DNA of 64,000 nt from Candidatus Campbellbacteria bacterium (GCA_024653945.1 JANLIT010000004.1:77281-141280), one strand, 5' to 3'; shown: positions 19,286 through 28,611, counted from the stretch's first letter. The notes: generated from the letters alone by a model not told the origin. Numbers and translations are program-made.

Positions 19286-19504
19286 TTATTCTTCCACCTT
19301 TTCAAATCGTTTTCGCCTTTGTCCTTCAATCTCTACTTCTTCTTCAAACATAGAAAGTGGCCGAACCCAGAGTTTTGATTTTGGGTTGTCGTACAGAGCC
19401 TCATACACCACAAGGTCTTCTAGTGTCTCTGAGTGTTTTGCAATACCAATAACGCGGTAGAGATTTCCTGTTTTTGTATGTTTGTATATTCCTGGTGTAA
19501 TCAT
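19286..19504 (-). CDS. DUF1653-family protein
   Basis: GIYKHTKTGNLYRVIGIAKHSETLEDLVVYEALY..LWVRPLSMF. Confidence 0.9.
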   Translation of the reverse strand: MITPGIYKHTKTGNLYRVIGIAKHSETLEDLVVYEALYDNPKSKLWVRPLSMFEEEVEIEGQRRKRFEKVEE

Positions 19505-19548
19505 ATTTATTTCCTTCTGCTTACTACTTTCTACATATTACTTATCTT

Positions 19549-20538
19549 TTATTTTCTTCCAATTACTTTCTTGGCCGCCTCAACAATAGAATCCACATCC
19601 ATCTTGTAGTGTTTGAGAAGTTCGTCGGGAGTTCCTGATTGGCCAAATTGATCATGTACACCGATAAATTCCATTGGTACTGGTTTCTCTCGTGCAAGTA
19701 CCTCAGCAACCGCGGAACCCATACCACCAGCAATTTGATGCTCTTCAATCGTAACTACCGCTCCACATTTAGAAGCAACATCGACGATTGTTTTTTCATC
19801 CATTGGTTTAATAGTGTGATTGTTTACCACGATTGAGCCAATGCCTTCATCTTGGAGTTTTTTTGCCGAAACGAGTGCATTGTGCACCAGTGTTCCGCAC
19901 GCGATAAGTGCAACTTGTGGATTGTCACTTTCCCAAAGTATCTCAGCACGTCCGATTTCAAAAGGGGTTTCGGGTGTTGTAAACGAAGGACTTCCTGCAC
20001 GGCCGATTCGCAAATAGACAGGTGTATTTGTTTTTGCAATTGCAATCGTTGCTTTCCGCGCCTCTTCTGCATCCGCTGGCACAATCACTACCATACGTGG
20101 GAGCATCCGCATCAATCCAATATCTTCAAGCGCTTGATGTGTTGCACCATCAGGCCCCACAGACACACCTGCATGACTGCCGATAATTTTAACGGGCACA
20201 TTATTAATCGCTATCGTTGTACGAATTTGTTCATTATTTCGTCCTGGAGAAAACGTTGCGTATGAGGTAATAAAGGGAATCTTTCCATAATTTGCGAGAC
20301 CAGCTCCAACAGTTGCAAGATTTTGTTCTGCCACACCTATTTCAATATAGCGGTCAGGAAATTCTTTGTGAAACCATTCCGCACGTGTTGATTCTTCCAA
20401 ATCGGCACACAACACCACAACACGTTCGTCCGCTTTCCCCGCTTCCACTAATCCATATCCAAAACCATCTCTCGTTGGTACTTTTTTGATATCTGCATCA
20501 AAAATGTTTTCTATAAGTTTTTGCTCTGATTTAATCAT
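19549..20538 (-). CDS. Transketolase, C-terminal (pyrimidine-binding) subunit
   Basis: GVAEQN, GPDGATHQALED, TIEEH. Confidence 0.94.
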   Translation of the reverse strand: MIKSEQKLIENIFDADIKKVPTRDGFGYGLVEAGKADERVVVLCADLEESTRAEWFHKEFPDRYIEIGVAEQNLATVGAGLANYGKIPFITSYATFSPGRNNEQIRTTIAINNVPVKIIGSHAGVSVGPDGATHQALEDIGLMRMLPRMVVIVPADAEEARKATIAIAKTNTPVYLRIGRAGSPSFTTPETPFEIGRAEILWESDNPQVALIACGTLVHNALVSAKKLQDEGIGSIVVNNHTIKPMDEKTIVDVASKCGAVVTIEEHQIAGGMGSAVAEVLAREKPVPMEFIGVHDQFGQSGTPDELLKHYKMDVDSIVEAAKKVIGRK

Positions 20539-21394
20539 TATGACTTGCTTCTATTTTCCCCTTAAGCGTACGCAACTCTTTCAAAAACTTTTGCTCTTCT
20601 TTTTTTGTTGGTGGTTTGCCGTGCCAGTGAAAATCATATTCAATCTCTTTAATTCCCTTTCCTGCAATCGTATGCGCAATAATCACCGTTGGTTTTTCAA
20701 CAATGGCTTTTGCTTCATCAATTGCATCAACAAACGCCATCATGTTGTGCCCGTCAATCTCAATCACGTGCCAATTAAATGCTCGCCACTTATCTGCAAG
20801 TGGTTCCAACGGCATCACATTCTCCGTCATACCATCAATTTGGATATTGTTGCGATCAACAACCGCCGTAAGGTTTGAAAGTTTGTTATTTCCTGCAAAC
20901 ATTGCGCCTTCCCACGTGTTTCCTGCCTGTAGTTCTCCATCGGAGAGCAAACAGTATGTGCGCCACTTCTTTCCGTCCATCCGTGCACCATACGCAATAC
21001 CCGAGGCCTGTGAGAGTCCTGAACCAAGAGGACCTGATGTTGTCTCTAATCCCGGCAAACGTTCTCTCTCTGGATGTCCTTGCAGACGACTTCCAAATTT
21101 TCGCAGTGTCTTGAGTTCATTCATCGGAAAGTATTCCGCGTGTGCCATCGTTGCGTACCGAATCGGTGTGATGTGTCCGTTTGAAAGTATGAGACGATCG
21201 CGTTCTTCCCACTGCGGGTTTTTTGGATCGTGTTTGAGAATATGAAAATAGAGTGCGGTAAAAATATCTGCCATATCAAGAGGACCAGCAGTGTGTCCAC
21301 TCCCCGCATCTTCAAGCATGTCAATAAGCGACATGCGAATATCGTTAGCACGTAATTCTAACTCCTTAATTTTTTCGTCACTCAAATGGGTCAT
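20531..21394 (-). CDS. Transketolase, N-terminal (TPP-binding) subunit
   Basis: GSGH, DRLILSNGH, LQGHP, SDGELQAG..WE, HGK. Confidence 0.94.
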   Translation of the reverse strand: MTHLSDEKIKELELRANDIRMSLIDMLEDAGSGHTAGPLDMADIFTALYFHILKHDPKNPQWEERDRLILSNGHITPIRYATMAHAEYFPMNELKTLRKFGSRLQGHPERERLPGLETTSGPLGSGLSQASGIAYGARMDGKKWRTYCLLSDGELQAGNTWEGAMFAGNNKLSNLTAVVDRNNIQIDGMTENVMPLEPLADKWRAFNWHVIEIDGHNMMAFVDAIDEAKAIVEKPTVIIAHTIAGKGIKEIEYDFHWHGKPPTKKEEQKFLKELRTLKGKIEASHND

Positions 21395-21501
21395 AGAGAT
21401 ATGTTGGTGCACTTCTCGCCCCGTACTAAGCCTTGCTTTAGTGCGGGGTCGTTTGCTTTCAGTTCTAACTCTTTAATTTTTTCATCAGAAAGGCGCGTCA
21501 T
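21391..21501 (-). pseudogene. Duplicated transketolase N-terminus (36-aa uORF) broken by a palindrome
   Basis: MTRLSDEKIKELELKAND vs real start MTHLSDEKIKELELRAND; palindrome at 21419-21448; TGA overlaps the real ATG. Confidence 0.8.
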
Positions 21502-21556
21502 GACTGTATGTATCATAACACGCGGACTCCGTGTAAAAATGAGCTCTGTGGATGCC

Positions 21557-22225
21557 CTAGAGGGTCTGGAGGTATGTCACAGTATCTTGTATATCTTCAC
21601 TCCCAAAAATCATTGAGCCAGAAATAAGTTTTGTTGCACCCGCTTCCACAAGAAGTGGTGCGGTCTCATCATCAACACCAATATCAACCGCGATAGGAAG
21701 TTCAGGAAATTGTGCGCGAAGAGATTTTATCTTCTTAAATACTCGTTCATCCAAAGAAACACCCGCAAATCCTATGTCATCATTTCCCATACACTGCACA
21801 AAATCAATTAGTGCGATATATCGCACTAATTCAGAAATCGGAGTGCTTGGTTTTATTCCGAGACCAACTTCAATGTCCGCGTCTTTGAGTTTTTTAATTA
21901 TTTCGTCAAGTTTTTGTGTGCTTTCAATATGTATAACCGCACTGGCAATTCCCACTTGTATCCATGTATCAATTGCATGCTCTGGTTCATTAATTAAAAA
22001 ATCAACTTCGTAATCCATGTCATCCCAATATGGCAAACCCTCATCTTGCGCGAGAATTTCTTTGAGATGTGAATCGTCTCCATTGTATGGCCATGTTTTT
22101 GATGACGCGTATGTACCATCAGCAACATCAAGCTGTACACGCGGCACAATACCTTTCACGCGCGACACCTTACCAAGAATATCGGCGTAACTTTCTGGAA
22201 GTAGTGCTGGAACAACCTGAATCAT
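21557..22225 (-). CDS. rpe: Ribulose-phosphate 3-epimerase
   Basis: QLDVADG, IHIES, GLGIKPSTP, IAVDIGV, GATKLISGS; pentose-phosphate context. Confidence 0.88.
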   Translation of the reverse strand: MIQVVPALLPESYADILGKVSRVKGIVPRVQLDVADGTYASSKTWPYNGDDSHLKEILAQDEGLPYWDDMDYEVDFLINEPEHAIDTWIQVGIASAVIHIESTQKLDEIIKKLKDADIEVGLGIKPSTPISELVRYIALIDFVQCMGNDDIGFAGVSLDERVFKKIKSLRAQFPELPIAVDIGVDDETAPLLVEAGATKLISGSMIFGSEDIQDTVTYLQTL

Positions 22226-22254
22226 AGATAGTAGTAGGTAGAGTGTAGAAAAAA

Positions 22255-22737
22255 CTAAGAATGAGAATCCAATTTTTGAATTCTACGAACGTGGCGTTCT
22301 TCGTTTGTAAATGGAGCGCGCAGCCATTTTTCTATAACCTCTTTTGCTTCCTCGTGGGTAACAAAAGATGCGCCGAGGGAGAGTATATTTGAGTCGTTAT
22401 CTTCACGACTTGATTCTATAATTCCTTTTTGTTCACCAACTTTAGATGTCTGTGTGAGGGGCTCTCGTTCTCCGTAATACACAAGTGTCCGAATTCCTTT
22501 AATGCGGTTTGCTGCAACTGCTTCCCCTTGACCAGAACTTCCAATAATAATTCCTCTTTCCGCTTCACCGCCCGCTACTGCATTTGCTACGGAAAATACA
22601 AAATCAGGGTAGTCATCATTTTCATCAAACGAAAATGCACCTTTATCCATCACTTCGTGGTCTTGAGAGACAAGAAAATCTCTCACGTACTCTTTGAGTT
22701 TAAATCCTGCATGATCTGCCCCAAGTGCGATTTTCAT
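22255..22737 (-). CDS. rpiB: Ribose-5-phosphate isomerase B
   Basis: GADHAGF, DDYPD, GSSGQG, ANRIKGIR, RHVRRI. Confidence 0.93.
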   Translation of the reverse strand: MKIALGADHAGFKLKEYVRDFLVSQDHEVMDKGAFSFDENDDYPDFVFSVANAVAGGEAERGIIIGSSGQGEAVAANRIKGIRTLVYYGEREPLTQTSKVGEQKGIIESSREDNDSNILSLGASFVTHEEAKEVIEKWLRAPFTNEERHVRRIQKLDSHS

Positions 22738-22742
22738 AAAGA

Positions 22743-22913
22743 TTATTTTTGAGAATTAAGATACATTTCTTCAAAAAAACTATATGGTGTATACATCACC
22801 ACACCATCTTCAAAACCTAAAGAGTTATATGTTTTTTTCTGATAAATCGAAAGAAAAAATAACATTAAGAGAAGAATAATAACTATGGAAATAATACGTG
22901 ATGATTTTTTCAT
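22743..22913 (-). CDS. Small single-pass membrane protein (56 aa)
   Basis: MKKSSRIISIVIILLLMLFFLSIYQKK...; fills the gap-rpiB interval; below the ORF-track cutoff. Confidence 0.6.
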   Translation of the reverse strand: MKKSSRIISIVIILLLMLFFLSIYQKKTYNSLGFEDGVVMYTPYSFFEEMYLNSQK

Positions 22914-22916
22914 GCA

Positions 22917-23939
22917 CTACGACAAACTGGAAGCCATTTTGCGCACATGCCGAATGAGTGTTGAGGTGTAGCCCATCTCGTTGTCGTACCACGAAAGAAC
23001 CTTCACCAAATTTCCATCAACAACGCGTGTGAGTTTACTGTCAACAATTGCCCCATACAGTTCACCAACAATATCTGAAGAAACAAGTTCTTCGTCGCTC
23101 ACTTTCAAAATACCCTGCCATCGCGCATCCTGTGATGCTTTTCGTAAAATATCATTTACCTCTTCCACGGTTGTGTTTCGTTTCGTAATAAGTGTCACAT
23201 CTGCAATAGAACCAACAATCACCGGCACTCGAATTGCAATACCATCAAACTTTCCTTCCAAATCAGTAATTGCCTTTGTTACGGCAGTTGCTGCACCCGT
23301 CGAAGTCGGCACAATGTTGTGTGCAGCTGCTCGTCCCTCGCGCCAATCTTTTTTATTCGGACCATCTTGTAAACTTTGTGATTGTGTGTAGCCGTGGACG
23401 GTATTGAGGACTGCTTTTTCTACACCGAGTGTCTCGTGCAAAATTTGAATCACAGGACTGACTGCATTTGTGGTACATGAACCGTTTGAAGTGATGTCAC
23501 ACGTTTTTAATTTCTCCTCATTAACTCCCATCAACACCGTCGCCGTTTCAATGCCTGAAACAATGTCACCTTTTGCAGGGGCGGTAATCACTACGCGCTT
23601 TGCGCCTGCATCAAGGTGTTTCTTTGCATCAGCATAGTTTGTGAAAAAGCCACTTGATTCAACAACAATATCTACATCAAGTTTTTTCCATGGCAAACTG
23701 CTCGGATCTTTTTCTTGAAAAATTGGGATGTCTTTTCCGTTTACGGTAATACCTCCATCACGCGCCTGTACGTCAATATCCGAGCGTCCGTAAGAACTGT
23801 CATACGTAAGCAAGTATGCGAGATTTTGTGCGTCACCGAGATCATTGATGGCAACGACATCAATTTCAGGATACTTGAGTGCAAGTTTGAGAAACGAGCG
23901 TCCGATTCTGCCAAAACCATTGATTGCAATGCGGGACAT
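22917..23939 (-). CDS. gap: Type I glyceraldehyde-3-phosphate dehydrogenase
   Basis: INGFGRIGR, SNGSCTTN, PTSTGAA, SWYDNEMGY. Confidence 0.97.
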   Translation of the reverse strand: MSRIAINGFGRIGRSFLKLALKYPEIDVVAINDLGDAQNLAYLLTYDSSYGRSDIDVQARDGGITVNGKDIPIFQEKDPSSLPWKKLDVDIVVESSGFFTNYADAKKHLDAGAKRVVITAPAKGDIVSGIETATVLMGVNEEKLKTCDITSNGSCTTNAVSPVIQILHETLGVEKAVLNTVHGYTQSQSLQDGPNKKDWREGRAAAHNIVPTSTGAATAVTKAITDLEGKFDGIAIRVPVIVGSIADVTLITKRNTTVEEVNDILRKASQDARWQGILKVSDEELVSSDIVGELYGAIVDSKLTRVVDGNLVKVLSWYDNEMGYTSTLIRHVRKMASSLS

Positions 23940-23987
23940 AAATAGAGATTAGATACTGGATACTAGGAATAATTGGTACACAAAAAG

Positions 23988-24038
23988 TATACCCCGCACT
24001 CACCTTTACTCCAAAGGTAAAGGTGAGTGCGGGGTATA
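23988..24038. repeat. REP-like palindrome
   Basis: TATACCCCGCACTCACCTTTAC-TCCAAAG-GTAAAGGTGAGTGCGGGGTATA. Confidence 0.8.
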
Positions 24039-24088
24039 GCACAGAAGAAAGCACCGCCAGAGACGGTGCTTCAACTTGAAAAAACTGC

Positions 24089-24316
24089 TTACTCGGGCCT
24101 CATACCAGCTGTGTACACAAGAGTGTCGAGAGGTACTTTGAAGGTTTTGCCGACCATCCTTGTGCCATCTACCTCAACAACACGGAAGAGACCCCCATCG
24201 AGCTTTTGGAGCATCGCGTGGAGAACCCACGCATCAAGCTTGAGTGCTGTGAGATTGTTATTTGGCGACATGAAAAAAATCTTCATGTAGCCAACCTCGC
24301 GAAGTGTCATGGGCAT
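24089..24316 (-). CDS. Small hypothetical protein
   Basis: 75-aa ORF with AAGGAG upstream and hairpin AAGCACCG/CGGTGCTT downstream. Confidence 0.55.
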   Translation of the reverse strand: MPMTLREVGYMKIFFMSPNNNLTALKLDAWVLHAMLQKLDGGLFRVVEVDGTRMVGKTFKVPLDTLVYTAGMRPE

Positions 24317-24360
24317 TTCTCCTTTGCAAAATCTACAGAGAAGATCCCTGAAAGAAAATA

Positions 24361-25794
24361 TTATGCAAGGTGTTTTTTGAACAATTCTGCGAGCACTTTA
24401 GGATTTCCTGCCCCTTTGGACAATTTCATGCCCTGTCCCACAAAGAATTGGAGCAGTGCTTCCTTTCCTGCTTTATAGTCAGCAACAACGGTTGGATTTT
24501 CATTAATCACTTGTTCAACAATTTTCAAAAGTGCACTTTCGTCGCTTTGCTGAAGCAATCCTTCACGCTCTGCAACCTTTCTTGGATCTAGTGTTTGTTC
24601 TTGTAAGTACAAAACACGCAGAAGATCTTTGAGTCCCCTGGAAGACAGGTCTCCTTCTTTGGCCATTTTTACTGCGTCAACAAAAAAATTAGGAGCTATT
24701 TTTCGTATTGAAAGATATCCATCTTTTTCTGCTTTTTCCCTAATTAAAGCTATGTAGTCATTCAAAAAATAATTTGCGACCAGCTGCAAAAGTTCCTTGT
24801 CAGCTGAACAGTGACTGATTATTTCTTCAACATATTCGTATGATTCCGGTGATGAAACAATACTTTCTATATCCTCGTCTTTCATTTCGTACTCCTGTTT
24901 GTATCTCTCTCGCTTCACCCACGGTAATTCTGGTAGTTCTTTTGAAAGTGCTTCACGAGAAAATTCTGGGATTTCTGAAATCTTCAATTTTGGTAAATCT
25001 GGTTCTGGAAAATATCGATAGTCGTGGGACGATTCTTTTTTACGCTGTGAAAACGTAACACCCTTCACATCGTCCCACCCTCTCGTTTCCTGCTCAACAG
25101 TTCCGCCACCTTCAAGTAACGCCGATTGTCGTTCAATTTCGTATGCAATTGCTTTTTCTGCAGCACGGAAAGAGTTGATGTTTTTTATTTCTGTTTTTGT
25201 TCCAAGGTTTTTATCTTTTGAAACAGAAATATTTACCTCCACACGAAGGTGTCCTTTTTCCATGTCTGCATCAGACACACCGAGCGTTCGGAGTAACAAC
25301 TGCAATTCACGTGCAAAATCTCCCGCTTCTTTTGCACTATGAATAACTGGTTCAGTCACCAATTCCATCAGTGGTACACCTGCACGATTGAAATCAATAA
25401 GCGAGTGGTCTCCCGCATGTTGTGAACGTGCTGTGTCTTCTTCAAGGTGAATGCGCGTGAGGGCGACACCGTGCAAAGCCCCACCTCTCACAAGAGGATG
25501 CGCGTACTGGCTGATTTGGTATCCCTTTGGAATATCTGGGTAGAAGTAGTTTTTGCGGTCAAATTCAGTAAAATCAGCGAGTTCTCCACCAACAGCCACG
25601 CCCACCTTCAGCACATGCTTTACCGCCTCTTTGTTAATGACAGGAAGCGTTCCGGGGTGCCCCATACACACAGGACACACGTTTACGTTTGGACGCTTTT
25701 CATCCGGGTCATTCTTTGAATTACAAAACATCTTTGTCTGCGTTTTGAGCTCAACGTGTATTTCAAGTCCAATTGTTGGTGTGTAAGTTGTCAT
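24361..25794 (-). CDS. gatB: Asp/Glu-tRNA amidotransferase subunit B
   Basis: IGLEIHVEL, FDRKNYFYPD, IHLEED, YRYFPEPDLP; start at MTTYTPT. Confidence 0.96.
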   Translation of the reverse strand: MTTYTPTIGLEIHVELKTQTKMFCNSKNDPDEKRPNVNVCPVCMGHPGTLPVINKEAVKHVLKVGVAVGGELADFTEFDRKNYFYPDIPKGYQISQYAHPLVRGGALHGVALTRIHLEEDTARSQHAGDHSLIDFNRAGVPLMELVTEPVIHSAKEAGDFARELQLLLRTLGVSDADMEKGHLRVEVNISVSKDKNLGTKTEIKNINSFRAAEKAIAYEIERQSALLEGGGTVEQETRGWDDVKGVTFSQRKKESSHDYRYFPEPDLPKLKISEIPEFSREALSKELPELPWVKRERYKQEYEMKDEDIESIVSSPESYEYVEEIISHCSADKELLQLVANYFLNDYIALIREKAEKDGYLSIRKIAPNFFVDAVKMAKEGDLSSRGLKDLLRVLYLQEQTLDPRKVAEREGLLQQSDESALLKIVEQVINENPTVVADYKAGKEALLQFFVGQGMKLSKGAGNPKVLAELFKKHLA

Positions 25795-25815
25795 AATGAT
25801 TGTGTTCAATACTTG

Positions 25816-25879
25816 CCCAGCACTAAATTTAGTGCTGGGTGAAAATCTCAAGTCCGATTGTTGGTGTGTACTCTGACAT
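25816..25879 (-). pseudogene. Duplicated gatB N-terminus broken by a palindrome
   Basis: MSEYTPTIGLEI vs real MTTYTPTIGLEI; perfect palindrome CCCAGCACTAAATTTAGTGCTGGG at 25816-25839. Confidence 0.8.
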
Positions 25880-25918
25880 ATAGAGAGTATAGAACACTTG
25901 CGCGTAATTTTCGAATAG

Positions 25919-25944
25919 AAAAAAGGTCCCTTTTGAGGGGGACC
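25919..25944 (-). terminator. Intrinsic terminator after the ncRNA
   Basis: Minus strand GGTCCCCCTCAAAAGGGACC followed by TTTTTT. Confidence 0.8.
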
Positions 25945-25947
25945 AGT

Positions 25948-26295
25948 GGACGCTCTTTGTTGCCTTAGCCTTGGATGTTTTCTGTGCATTCTTGTCAGTC
26001 AGCATCTTGCCTTCTGATCGAAGATACAACGCACAGACGTCACCCAGATTCCCTTTGCTCGACCCGAAGGTTGAGAGCATTGGTACTCAGGAACCCCAAC
26101 TGAGGAGATGGACGGGAAATTGCACCCGTATTCCATTTTGTAACTCCCCCTAACGTGTACGAGCACGTTAATGTTGGCCCCTTCTACCCCACCAGAGCAT
26201 CATTGGGCTTCGCACCCTTCGCATCTTCGTGGTTTGGGCTGAGTCTATTCCTTTCGGGAACAGAGTCACGATTGTTTTCTCGCCAAAGAGCGTCC
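25948..26295 (-). ncRNA. Large structured RNA of unassigned class (348 nt)
   Basis: Perfect 12-bp closing stem, several internal hairpins with UUCG, GAAA and GCGA loops, own promoter and terminator, no convincing ORF. Confidence 0.8.
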
Positions 26296-26302
26296 GAAAA
26301 AG

Positions 26303-26331
26303 ATACTACAGGAGTTGTATCCTATTCGCAA
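26303..26331 (-). promoter_or_regulatory. Sigma70-type promoter of the ncRNA
   Basis: TTGCGA-17 bp-TAGTAT, ending 7 nt before the closing stem. Confidence 0.75.
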
Positions 26332-26337
26332 GCCCTT

Positions 26338-27321
26338 TTATTTTTTTCTTAAGACCTTCACAAGGGTATCGCCCAACACTTTCAAAGAGGCGTCATCGTA
26401 GACGGAAACCGTTACGATATTCTTTGCAAGAATTTTTGTTGCTTTAGCAAAATCTTTTATGCGTGTTGCGAGTGCTTTTTCATCAAGAAGGTCTCGTTTT
26501 GTAAACAGAATTACTTCGGGTTTTTCTGCCAAATCTTTGGAGTATTTTGAAAGTTCTGCGCGAATGGTTTTGTATGCAACCGTGGGGTCCTCGTGTTCAC
26601 ACGAAATACAGTGGATGAGTGTCTTTGTTCGTTTAATGTGACGAAGAAAGGTGTGACCGAGCCCTTTTCCTTCTGCGGCGCCCTCAATCAACCCCGGAAT
26701 GTCGGCGAGCACAAATCCGTACAATGCGCCGAGATTTGGATTGAGTGTGGTAAACGCATACGAACCCACTTTAGCGTGCGCACCCGTCAGTGCATTCAAC
26801 ACGCTCGATTTTCCAGCGTTTGGAAGGCCAATGAGACCTGCATCAACAACAAGTTGCAGTTCAATATCAAAATCAGCCTCTTCACCAGGTTTTCCTTTTG
26901 TTGATTGTTTTGGTGTAACGTTTCGAGAACCTTTGAAGTGTTCATTGCCATACCCACCGTTACCACCTTGGAGAATAATTTCCCTCTGTCCCTCAATCAA
27001 AAGTTCAAAACGTTGCCCTGTCTGCACGTTGGTAATCACCGTTCCAACAGGAAATTCAAAAAGTAATTCCTTACCATCTCTTCCCTCTTTGCTTTGACTA
27101 CCTCCAGCCGCACCATCTTCTGCTTCATAACTTTTTTGGTCATTGTAGCGAAGGAGTACAGTAATGTCTCGAATCGCAGTAACGACAACATCACCTCCAC
27201 GGCCACCATTACCTCCAGCGGCACCAGACAAATCTTTCCCTTTGAGATGCAACCAACGCACCACACCGTCGCCTCCGCGACCCGCAGTCAAATGTAAGTG
27301 TAGTTCATCAATGAAGGGCAT
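26338..27321 (-). CDS. obgE: GTPase ObgE
   Basis: Gly-rich Obg fold, GLPNAGKS, YAFTTL, DIPGLIEGA. Confidence 0.96.
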   Translation of the reverse strand: MPFIDELHLHLTAGRGGDGVVRWLHLKGKDLSGAAGGNGGRGGDVVVTAIRDITVLLRYNDQKSYEAEDGAAGGSQSKEGRDGKELLFEFPVGTVITNVQTGQRFELLIEGQREIILQGGNGGYGNEHFKGSRNVTPKQSTKGKPGEEADFDIELQLVVDAGLIGLPNAGKSSVLNALTGAHAKVGSYAFTTLNPNLGALYGFVLADIPGLIEGAAEGKGLGHTFLRHIKRTKTLIHCISCEHEDPTVAYKTIRAELSKYSKDLAEKPEVILFTKRDLLDEKALATRIKDFAKATKILAKNIVTVSVYDDASLKVLGDTLVKVLRKK

Positions 27322-27371
27322 AAATAGTGGTGGGTTTGGAGTTGGGGGTTAGAAGTTGGTGATTAGAAAAT

Positions 27372-28274
27372 TTAGTTTGTAAGAGCTAATTCAGCTAGTG
27401 CAATAGCCCCTTCCTTTGTTTTTGTAACTGCCATAAATCCAGCACGGTGGCAGAAGAAAGCGTCTGTAACACCAGTTATTGACGCAAGTTCATCACCTTT
27501 CTTTCCCTGCCACGCAACAGGCAGTGATTTTCGTACTGCGAATGAGAAAGGCTCAATAGAAACTCCCACAACTTGCCAAGTCCCGTCCTCGTGAGTCCGA
27601 ACAAAATAAATAGGCTCTTGATATTCACCAAGCACATTAGCAATGAGGGTGCGTGAAATAATTTCTCCCTCTGGAAAGACAATGATGGTTTTATTTTTAG
27701 ATGCTTCATACTGTGTGTGTATAAATTGTTTTGTTTCAGCATCACTTTTTACATGAACAATAACTCGTTCAAGAATCCGTCCAGCAATCGCAACTGCTTC
27801 CATAAAAGCCTCGTCACGTGTTAATGCTTCACCGCGGGCCGGTTCAAGAAAAGCGATTACTGACTGAATGAGAAACGGTGACTTTTTATATTGATCATTC
27901 TTAAAAAACAACTCAACACCGTTGTCATATGCGTCTATGGGTTCAATAATATATTCGTCGACAGCATCTGCATCTGTTTGAGAACCAATAATTTCCTTTC
28001 CAAACTTTTTCCAAATGAGACCAAATGAGGCATATGGAATACCATTGTTACGCTTTCCTGCCCCGCCCTCTTGGTGGTGATCAAACCTATTTTTTGACTC
28101 GTCATATACAAAACCAGCGTCAAGAACATAGTCACCGCTCCTAATAATTTCAGGGTCTCGACTCCGTAGCACTTCAATTTCCTGTCCGGCAAGTAACAAC
28201 CGCAATGCGGCAACTCCAAATACATCATCGGCATGAAATCCTCCACTGTGTGTAACAATCCGAATCTTAGTCAT
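27372..28274 (-). CDS. MYG1-family nuclease
   Basis: THSGGFHADD, FDHHQ, SFGLIW, FCHRAGF. Confidence 0.92.
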   Translation of the reverse strand: MTKIRIVTHSGGFHADDVFGVAALRLLLAGQEIEVLRSRDPEIIRSGDYVLDAGFVYDESKNRFDHHQEGGAGKRNNGIPYASFGLIWKKFGKEIIGSQTDADAVDEYIIEPIDAYDNGVELFFKNDQYKKSPFLIQSVIAFLEPARGEALTRDEAFMEAVAIAGRILERVIVHVKSDAETKQFIHTQYEASKNKTIIVFPEGEIISRTLIANVLGEYQEPIYFVRTHEDGTWQVVGVSIEPFSFAVRKSLPVAWQGKKGDELASITGVTDAFFCHRAGFMAVTKTKEGAIALAELALTN

Positions 28275-28611
28275 TGTCAGGAAGAAATTTGTGCCCTACC
28301 CACACCACAACCGAAACAAGAAGTGCGCCAATAAAGGCGTCTATAAATCTTTCTACGAGAAATCCGTCAACAAAGTATGCTGCCAACCAGAATAGCCCCG
28401 CATTAATAACAAGTGTGAAAAATCCGAGTGTAATGATGTTGATTGGAAGCGTCAATAAAATAATGATTGGCTTCACAATAAGGTTGAGTACTGCAAGCAC
28501 GACAGCAACAATGAGAGCGACATAGAAACTTTCAACAACAATGCCTGGGATAAGATACGAGGCACCGAGAACCGCAAGGGCTGTTAAAATTATTTTGTAC
28601 AGAATATTCAT
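28267..28611 (-). CDS. YvlD/phage-holin-4-family membrane protein
   Basis: LNLIVKPIIILLTLPINIITLGFFTLVINA. Confidence 0.88.
   Translation of the reverse strand: MNILYKIILTALAVLGASYLIPGIVVESFYVALIVAVVLAVLNLIVKPIIILLTLPINIITLGFFTLVINAGLFWLAAYFVDGFLVERFIDAFIGALLVSVVVWVGHKFLPDND

Noticed and set aside
25795-25989. Long N-terminal extension of GatB in the ORF track
   Set aside because: Runs through the ncRNA end, terminator and palindrome; homology begins at 25794.
25948-26295. Assignment as tmRNA or RNase P RNA
   Set aside because: The T-arm-like CGGG..CCCGTCCATCTCC is internal and lacks CCA; the 3' region only loosely recalls RNase P and the P4 5' strand is absent. Left unassigned.
28267-28611. 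Prophage implied by holin-family gene
   Set aside because: No phage structural, integrase or replication genes nearby; the family is commonly chromosomal.
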